Source: Bacillota bacterium
GTDB taxonomy: Bacteria; Bacillota; Clostridia; Christensenellales; Aristaeellaceae
Reading direction: 5' to 3'
Length of the DNA stretch: 64,000 bases
Assembly: GCA_023395615.1 (NCBI GenBank)
Contig: JAEWYP010000067.1
Location: forward strand, 8,743-72,742
This document shows, piece after piece, positions 56,319 to 64,000 of the stretch. Under the pieces are notes generated by a model that worked only from the letters and a program-made list of their open reading frames with translations, was not told the DNA's origin and did not search any database. The position numbers and the translations under genes are program-made. Each line of letters starts with the position of its first letter. The stretch's first letter is position 1.

Positions 56319-58127
56319 TTATTTCACTTCCATTTTCAGAACCGCCATAAACGCTTCGCTGGGCACCTCCACGGTGCCAAACTGACGCATGCGCTTTTTT
56401 CCTTCCTTCTGCTTTTCCAGCAGCTTCTTTTTCCGGGTGATATCGCCGCCGTAGCATTTGGCCAGTACGTCTTTCCGCATCGCCTTTACAGTTTCGCGGG
56501 CGATCACCTTGCCGCCGATCGCCGCCTGAATGGGAATCTCAAATAACTGCCGGGGAATCACTTCGGTCAGCTTTTCCGCCATGCCACGGCCGCGTGCGTA
56601 GGCTTTATCCCGATGCACAATCACGGTGAAAGCGTCGCACACATCCCCATTGAGCATCATTTCCAGCTTGACCAGATCGCTTTCCTGATAACCTTTCAGC
56701 TCGTAATCAAAACTGGCATAGCCGCGGGAGCGGCTTTTCAGCTGGTCGAAAAAGTCGAAAATGATTTCGTTGAGCGGAATATGATAATTAAGCTTCACGC
56801 GCCCGCCCTCAAACTGCATATCCAGAAAGGTGCCGCGCTTGTCTTTGCAGATTTCCATCAGCGTGCCCACGTACTCCTGCGGTGTGTACACCGACGCGAA
56901 CACATAAGGCTCCTCCATATGGTCGATTTCTCCGGCGGGGGGCAGGTTGGTCGGGTTGTCGATAGCGACCATCGTACCGTCGGTTTTAAACACATGGTAA
57001 ATTACGCTGGGGGCTGTGGTGATGATGTTGAGATCAAATTCCCGTTCCAGCCGCTGTGTGATGATATCCATATGCAGAAGGCCCAGGAATCCGCAGCGGA
57101 AACCGTACCCCAGCGCCACGGAGGTTTCCGGCTCAAAGGAAAGGCTGGCATCGTTCATGCGCAGCTTCTCCAGCGCTTCTTTTAACGCGTCGTAATCCGC
57201 GCCGTCGGAAGGATACACGCCGCAGAACACCATGGGCGTTACCGCGCGGTAGCCCGGCAGCGCTTCGGTTGCGGGGTTGGCGGCATCGGTGATGGTATCG
57301 CCCACGCGGGTGTCTGCAATGTCTTTGATGGAGGCGCACACATAGCCCACATCTCCCGCCCGGAGCGCTTCGCAGGGGAGATAGCCGGGGTGGAATGTGC
57401 CGACCTCCACCACGTCGAATTCCGCACCGCTGGCCATCAGCCGCATCCGGATGCCGGCTTTGACCGTGCCCTGTTTAACACGCACAAAACAGATCGCGCC
57501 GCGGTAATTGTCGTAGTAAGCGTCGAATACCAGCGCCTGAAGGGGCGCGTCCTCATCGCCCTGCGGCGCGGGCACCCGCGTCACAATCGCTTCCAGCACA
57601 TCTTCGCAATGCTCGCCGGTTTTGGCGGAAATGCAGGGTGCGCCTTCGGTATCCAGCCCGATTACTTCTTCGATTTCCTTTTTCACTTCGTCGGGCTGAG
57701 CGCTGGGCAGGTCAATCTTGTTAATCACGGGGATGATTTCCAGATTGTGTTCCAACGCCATGTAAACGTTGGCAAGCGTCTGCGCTTCGATACCCTGCGT
57801 GGCGTCCACTACCAGCAGCGCGCCTTCGCAGGCGGCCAGCGCCCGGCTGACTTCGTAACTGAAGTCCACATGGCCCGGCGTGTCGATCAGGTTGAGCGTA
57901 TAAGTCTCCCCATCTCGCGCCTTGTAGGTCATGTGTACAGCCTTGCTCTTGATGGTGATACCGCGTTCCCTCTCCAGATCCATGCTGTCCAGAATCTGCT
58001 CCACCATCTCGCGGTGCTCAAAAACACCGGTCAGTTCCAGCAGACGGTCTGCCAGCGTGGACTTACCGTGGTCAATATGCGCGATAATACAAAAATTGCG
58101 GATATGGGAAAGGCGTTCGTTTTGCAA
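56319..58127 (-). CDS. lepA: Translation elongation factor 4 (LepA)
   Basis: [22 protein letters not shown] and the LepA-specific C-terminal domain are present. Length is 602 aa. Confidence 0.97.
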   Translation of the reverse strand: MQNERLSHIRNFCIIAHIDHGKSTLADRLLELTGVFEHREMVEQILDSMDLERERGITIKSKAVHMTYKARDGETYTLNLIDTPGHVDFSYEVSRALAACEGALLVVDATQGIEAQTLANVYMALEHNLEIIPVINKIDLPSAQPDEVKKEIEEVIGLDTEGAPCISAKTGEHCEDVLEAIVTRVPAPQGDEDAPLQALVFDAYYDNYRGAICFVRVKQGTVKAGIRMRLMASGAEFDVVEVGTFHPGYLPCEALRAGDVGYVCASIKDIADTRVGDTITDAANPATEALPGYRAVTPMVFCGVYPSDGADYDALKEALEKLRMNDASLSFEPETSVALGYGFRCGFLGLLHMDIITQRLEREFDLNIITTAPSVIYHVFKTDGTMVAIDNPTNLPPAGEIDHMEEPYVFASVYTPQEYVGTLMEICKDKRGTFLDMQFEGGRVKLNYHIPLNEIIFDFFDQLKSRSRGYASFDYELKGYQESDLVKLEMMLNGDVCDAFTVIVHRDKAYARGRGMAEKLTEVIPRQLFEIPIQAAIGGKVIARETVKAMRKDVLAKCYGGDITRKKKLLEKQKEGKKRMRQFGTVEVPSEAFMAVLKMEVK

Positions 58128-58190
58128 TGTTCATTCCTCACAAACCATGCCTGCGGTCTTTACCGCGGCGCGCTAGTAGATACAACCTGT

Positions 58191-58219
58191 ATAATAGCGT
58201 ATTTCGGGCGGGTTGGCAA
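58191..58219 (-). promoter_or_regulatory. Putative lepA promoter (minus strand TTGCCA-N17-TATTAT)
   Basis: Read on the reverse complement, about 65 nt upstream of the lepA ATG. Confidence 0.4.
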
Positions 58220-58313
58220 TTGATTCCCATGGGCGCGGCTCTTGTGGAAAACAGCCGCGTTCCGTGGTATGATGGCTTTGCGACCCGCGCCGCGGGTTGG
58301 CGGGAGGCGAAGC

Positions 58314-59504
58314 ATGCTCTCATTATACTTGCATTTTCCGTTTTGTAAAAGAAAATGTTCTTATTGTGATTTCTGTTCCGCGGCAGCGGAGGAAGGCGAA
58401 ATCGACGCCTACTGTGCCGCCCTGAAAAAGGAAATTGCGCTGGCGGGCAGACAATACGGCGAGACGCCCGTGGATACGGTGTTTCTGGGCGGAGGCACGC
58501 CTTCCATCGTGCCCGCCTGGTTGATGGGAGAGGTGTTGTCAGCACTGCGGGAGCATTTTTGGGTCCTGCCTGACGCGGAATTTACCAGCGAAGCCAACCC
58601 GGGCACACTGACCGGCGAATGGTTGGAGACGCTTAAAAAAGCGGGTGCCAATCGACTGTCCCTCGGCGTACAGGCGAAGCAGGAACGGCTGCTGCGCATT
58701 CTGGGGCGGATTCATACTTTCTCACAGGCTAAAGATGCGATTTCGATGGCACGGGCGCACGGTTTTACCAACCTGAACGCGGATGCGATGTTTGCCCTGC
58801 CCACGCAGACGATGGCGGAATATCTGGAAACGCTGGACGCGCTGGCTGCTGAGAAGGTTACGCATCTTTCCGCCTATTCGCTTATTTTAGAGGAAGGCAC
58901 ACCGCTGTATACTGCGGTGAAACGCGGCGAACTGACGCTGCCGGACGAGGATGAAACCGCGGATATGATGGAGTACGGCATAGACCGGCTGGAAACACTG
59001 GGCTACCGGCGATATGAGATTTCCAACTTTGCCAGACCGGGTTACGAGTGCGGCCATAACCTTGGATACTGGCGTCAGAAAAACTATCTGGGGTTGGGTC
59101 TTGCTGCCGCCAGCCTGCTGCCGCCGGGACCCGGAGACGGCGACGCGAAGTATCTGCGAAGGACGAACACCGACCGGATGTCTGTCTATCTGCACAGTCT
59201 TGCGGAAGATCGTCTGCCGGTCGGGGAGAGCCGGGCTGTTTCGACGACGGAGGCGATGTTCGAAACTGTTATGCTGGGGCTACGTACAGTGGACGGGGTC
59301 GGCTATGCCGATTTTATACGCATGTATGGAAAGCGATTGACGGATGTTTACGGAAAAGCGATCGAAAAGCTTACGGCGGAAGCGCTGCTGCAGCCAGTTT
59401 CGACGGAAGCTCCGCGCCTTGCGCTGACCCGTCAGGGACTTGCGCTGCAAAATACGGCGCTGATGGCCTTTATGGAGGAACAGGACAGTACGCGGGCAGA
59501 CTGA
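58314..59504 (+). CDS. hemW: Radical SAM heme chaperone HemW (HemN-like)
   Basis: LYLHFPFCKRKCSYCDF carries the CxxxCxxC radical SAM motif. The start at 58314 has a GGGAGG RBS. Confidence 0.9.
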   Translation: MLSLYLHFPFCKRKCSYCDFCSAAAEEGEIDAYCAALKKEIALAGRQYGETPVDTVFLGGGTPSIVPAWLMGEVLSALREHFWVLPDAEFTSEANPGTLTGEWLETLKKAGANRLSLGVQAKQERLLRILGRIHTFSQAKDAISMARAHGFTNLNADAMFALPTQTMAEYLETLDALAAEKVTHLSAYSLILEEGTPLYTAVKRGELTLPDEDETADMMEYGIDRLETLGYRRYEISNFARPGYECGHNLGYWRQKNYLGLGLAAASLLPPGPGDGDAKYLRRTNTDRMSVYLHSLAEDRLPVGESRAVSTTEAMFETVMLGLRTVDGVGYADFIRMYGKRLTDVYGKAIEKLTAEALLQPVSTEAPRLALTRQGLALQNTALMAFMEEQDSTRAD

Positions 59505-59715
59505 ACGCGACGCGTAAACGATGGGGCATGGGTTTGCGCAACAGTTTTCCGCAACGAATATAACAGGGCAGATACTTCCCGCTATGCAAGCCCGATACCG
59601 GATGCACAAAGTTCCGGAGAAAATTTGGTCAGTAATAGTCAGAAATGGGCGAAAACCGTTGATATATATAGCGTAAGCATCTATGAACAAATGATAAATT
59701 CCCCCTGGGGAATGC

Positions 59716-59744
59716 TTGACAAATGAAAGAAACAGGCATATGAT
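59716..59744 (+). promoter_or_regulatory. Sigma-A promoter of the hrcA-grpE-dnaK-dnaJ operon (TTGACA-N17-TATGAT)
   Basis: Read directly. The CIRCE element starts 10 nt downstream of the -10. Confidence 0.6.
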
Positions 59745-59753
59745 ATGTCCATG

Positions 59754-59780
59754 TTAGCACTCAATCTTAACGAGTGCTAA
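59754..59780 (+). promoter_or_regulatory. CIRCE operator (HrcA binding site)
   Basis: TTAGCACTC-aatcttaac-GAGTGCTAA is a perfect match to the CIRCE consensus TTAGCACTC-N9-GAGTGCTAA. Confidence 0.92.
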
Positions 59781-59831
59781 CAAAAACCGGGAACAAAGCA
59801 TCCCGATACTGCTTACGGAGGTGATCGTGGG

Positions 59832-60857
59832 ATGATGGACGCGCGAAAATTCCGGATTTTACAGGCAATCATCGACGACTATATCATGACCGCGATCCCG
59901 GTAGGCAGTCGAACCATTTCTAAGAAATACGAAATGGGGCTGAGCTCCGCCACCATCCGCAATGAGATGAGCGATCTGGAGGAACTGGGGTATCTGGATC
60001 AGCCGCATGTCAGCGCAGGGCGCGTACCCAGCGCCAAGGCATACCGCCTGTATGTGGATCAACTACTGCAGACGGGTAAACTGCACGGGGACGATGCGGC
60101 CAGCATCCGCGAACACTTCAGTGAACGTACCGGCAAGATGGAAGACGTCATCAACCGGGCGGCGCAGGTGTTGAGCAGCGTAACACATTATACCTCGCTG
60201 GTGATGAGCCCCAGGGGCGGAGAGTTGCGGATCCGCAACCTTCAGCTGGTACCGGTAACCACCTCCACAGCATTACTGGTGATTGTTACCGACAGTGGCA
60301 TCGTTCGTGATTCCGTGATCCATGTGGACAGCGAATTGGATGCCGACGCACTCTATGGGTTAAGCCGCATCCTTACCGAACGGTTAACGGGCCATACCCT
60401 GACGGAGTCACTGGACCTGCTCAAAGCCATGTCCCGGGAGTTTGCCGAGAAGCGCGCTGTACTGAACGGTATCGGCGAGTTGATGGCAGACGTTGAAAAC
60501 CAACAGGAAAAGACGCGGTTATCTTTCGGCGGCCCCAGCAATATCCTCAATTTCCCGGAGTACAACGACGTAGATAAAGCACGCGCTTTTCTGGCTTTGC
60601 TGGAAACGAAGGATACGCTGGTAAGGCTGCTGGAACAGCGGCAGAACGTGGCTTTTACCGTTCGTATCGGCCCGGAAACAGGCGTACCGGAGCTGAAGGA
60701 CTGCTCCCTGGTCACCGCGACCTATTCACTGGGCGACCATACCCACGGTACGATCGGTGTAATTGGCCCCACGCGGATGGAATACGGACGGGTACTGAGC
60801 GCGCTAAGCGCCATGGGCGAGCAGCTCACCCACCTGTTTACGAAGGATAAGGAGTAA
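59832..60857 (+). CDS. hrcA: Heat-inducible transcription repressor HrcA
   Basis: RKFRILQAIIDDYIMTAIPVGSRTISKKY is the canonical HrcA N-terminus. Confidence 0.95.
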   Translation: MMDARKFRILQAIIDDYIMTAIPVGSRTISKKYEMGLSSATIRNEMSDLEELGYLDQPHVSAGRVPSAKAYRLYVDQLLQTGKLHGDDAASIREHFSERTGKMEDVINRAAQVLSSVTHYTSLVMSPRGGELRIRNLQLVPVTTSTALLVIVTDSGIVRDSVIHVDSELDADALYGLSRILTERLTGHTLTESLDLLKAMSREFAEKRAVLNGIGELMADVENQQEKTRLSFGGPSNILNFPEYNDVDKARAFLALLETKDTLVRLLEQRQNVAFTVRIGPETGVPELKDCSLVTATYSLGDHTHGTIGVIGPTRMEYGRVLSALSAMGEQLTHLFTKDKE

Positions 60858-60863
60858 CCGGTT

Positions 60864-61544
60864 ATGCCCATCAGAAAGAAAACCCATCAGAATGGGGGAA
60901 ACAGGCCAACCATGCAGACAGACAAGAAACCGCAAAACACTACGCCCAACCCTGCGCCGGACATGACACTGGAAGAGCAGGAAGCCATTGATGCGATGAC
61001 CGCGCAACTGGAAGATAACACCGCCTGCCAGACAGACGCGGAAACCGCGGACGCCGAGGTGGAGGCGCAGGCCCAAACCGTAGAAGCGGAGCTGACCGAA
61101 GCGCTGGAAGCCGCCAAAGCCAAATCCGACGAATATCTTAGCCTTGCTCAACGCGTGCAGGCGGATTTTGACAACTACCGCCGACGCAACCAGAACGTAC
61201 GGGCCGAAGCCTATGAGGATGGTGCGAAAACCTTTATCGTAACGCTGTTACCGGTACTGGATAACCTGGAGCGCGCCATCGGCGCGGCAGGCGACAGCTC
61301 CGACAGCAGTTTAAAAGACGGTGTGGAAATGGTGTATCGGCAGCTGGCTGATACCCTGACAAAGCGGGGTGTGACCCCGATTGACCGAAAGGGCGAGAAA
61401 TTCGACCCGAATCTGGAGAACGCCGTGATGAAGGGCGCGCCGGAAGACGGCGAACCCGGCACCGTTTGCGAGGTGCTCCAGAAAGGCTATCAGATGGACG
61501 GCTACGTGCTGCGCCATGCGATGGTCAAAGTCGTTCCCGACTGA
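60864..61544 (+). CDS. grpE: Nucleotide exchange factor GrpE
   Basis: It has an acidic N-terminus, the coiled-coil segment YLSLAQRVQADFDNYRRR, and the C-terminal beta domain (GYQMDGYVLRHAMVKV). Confidence 0.92.
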   Translation: MPIRKKTHQNGGNRPTMQTDKKPQNTTPNPAPDMTLEEQEAIDAMTAQLEDNTACQTDAETADAEVEAQAQTVEAELTEALEAAKAKSDEYLSLAQRVQADFDNYRRRNQNVRAEAYEDGAKTFIVTLLPVLDNLERAIGAAGDSSDSSLKDGVEMVYRQLADTLTKRGVTPIDRKGEKFDPNLENAVMKGAPEDGEPGTVCEVLQKGYQMDGYVLRHAMVKVVPD

Positions 61545-61611
61545 CGGGAACCTAATCCCACGGATCAGGGACCTGCGCCCTTCCGATATACCCCCGCGAA
61601 AAAGACATTGA

Positions 61612-63480
<1,869 letters not shown>

Positions 63481-63609
63481 AATCGGGTGCAACAAACCCG
63501 CAGAGGATGGGGGAAGGGATTGATTCCCTCCCCCTCATCCCCGAGTAGGAAAACGATCAGACATCCCGCCTTTTACCCGAACCCGACGACGAACGCGGCG
63601 GTTTCGGTG

Positions 63610-63641
63610 AGCCTTGCAAAGCAAGGCTTCTGTGTGTCTTT
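63610..63641 (+). terminator. Hairpin plus U-rich tract between dnaK and dnaJ (possible attenuator or partial terminator)
   Basis: AGCCTTGC-aaa-GCAAGGCT is an 8-bp stem followed by TCTGTGTGTCTTT. Confidence 0.4.
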
Positions 63642-63713
63642 GGGCGACTGTGATTCCATGGCGTGGCCCGGGACATGAAAACAGTCAGGAATGTTGCTTA
63701 AGTAGGTGAGCAT

Positions 63714-64000
63714 TTGGCTAAACGCGATTATTACGAGGTGCTCGGCGTGCCCAAAACGGCCACCGATGCCGAAATCAAGAGCGCATACCGGAAGAAAGCC
63801 AAGGAATGCCATCCCGATCTGAACCAGAACGATAAGACCGCCGAAGCGCGTTTTAAGGAGCTTAACGAAGCCAACGAGGTGTTAAGCGACCCCGATAAAC
63901 GCGCCAAGTACGATCAATTCGGTTTCGACGGGCCCAACATGCAGGGCTTCGGCGGTGCAGGCGGCGGGGCGGGCGATTTCAGCGGCTTTAGCGGGTTTGG
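63714..64000 (+). CDS. dnaJ: Molecular chaperone DnaJ, N-terminal J domain (3' end lies outside the window)
   Basis: The TTG start follows an AGGTGAG RBS. My own translation reads (L/M)[36 protein letters not shown], which includes the HPD motif. This ORF is absent from the supplied track because it has no ATG and no stop within the window. Confidence 0.9.
   Translation, partial: MAKRDYYEVLGVPKTATDAEIKSAYRKKAKECHPDLNQNDKTAEARFKELNEANEVLSDPDKRAKYDQFGFDGPNMQGFGGAGGGAGDFSGFSGF

Noticed and set aside
63487-63678. 63-aa ORF in the dnaK-dnaJ spacer
   Set aside because: It has no RBS, its composition is low-complexity and Pro/Ser-rich, and it spans the two hairpins. It is more likely untranslated spacer.

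Overview
GC-rich Firmicutes/Clostridia-type chromosomal core region (the taxon is inferred from gene content and synteny only). It holds about 50 protein genes at high coding density. I found no rRNA, tRNA, CRISPR array, IS element, integrase or prophage signature.

Gene content in order:
- rsmH (5'-truncated) and rsmI; birA; an orphan uxuA; a secreted 5'-nucleotidase.
- A glycogen operon, glgB-glgC-glgD-glgA.
- bioY with a BirA operator overlapping its promoter.
- MFS and AEC transporters, an esterase, tlyA, and a five-repeat SH3b secreted protein.
- On the minus strand, a cell-shape cluster: maf-mreB-mreC-mreD-mrdA-(minD-like)-rodA.
- DUF512-der.
- A cell-envelope neighbourhood: an SH3/PG-binding protein, an 808-aa orphan protein, PBP1A, and a 700-aa membrane-anchored protein built from beta-sandwich repeats.
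- DUF2461, a phosphohexomutase and a NUDIX hydrolase.
- copA divergent from an HxlR-type regulator.
- A DegT aminotransferase, gpmA and a small membrane protein.
- An AT-rich spacer of about 540 bp carrying four DnaA-box-like 9-mers.
- A GNAT acetyltransferase.
- A long minus-strand gene string: capD-like, tadA, Cof-HAD, hprK, ROK glucokinase, asnS, SCP2.
- lepA, inverted relative to hemW-hrcA(CIRCE)-grpE-dnaK-dnaJ (dnaJ is 3'-truncated).

I see no clear-cut novel multi-gene system. The items most worth a second look are:
- the domain-less 808-aa coiled-coil protein sitting among wall-synthesis genes;
- the repeat-module surface protein with a strong promoter and a structured leader of about 190 nt;
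- the DnaA-box cluster lying far from any dnaA;
- the Cys-rich HxlR regulator paired with copA;
- the MinD-like ATPase with no room beside it for minC or minE.

All calls rest on reading the translated ORFs and the DNA by eye. No database search was run.
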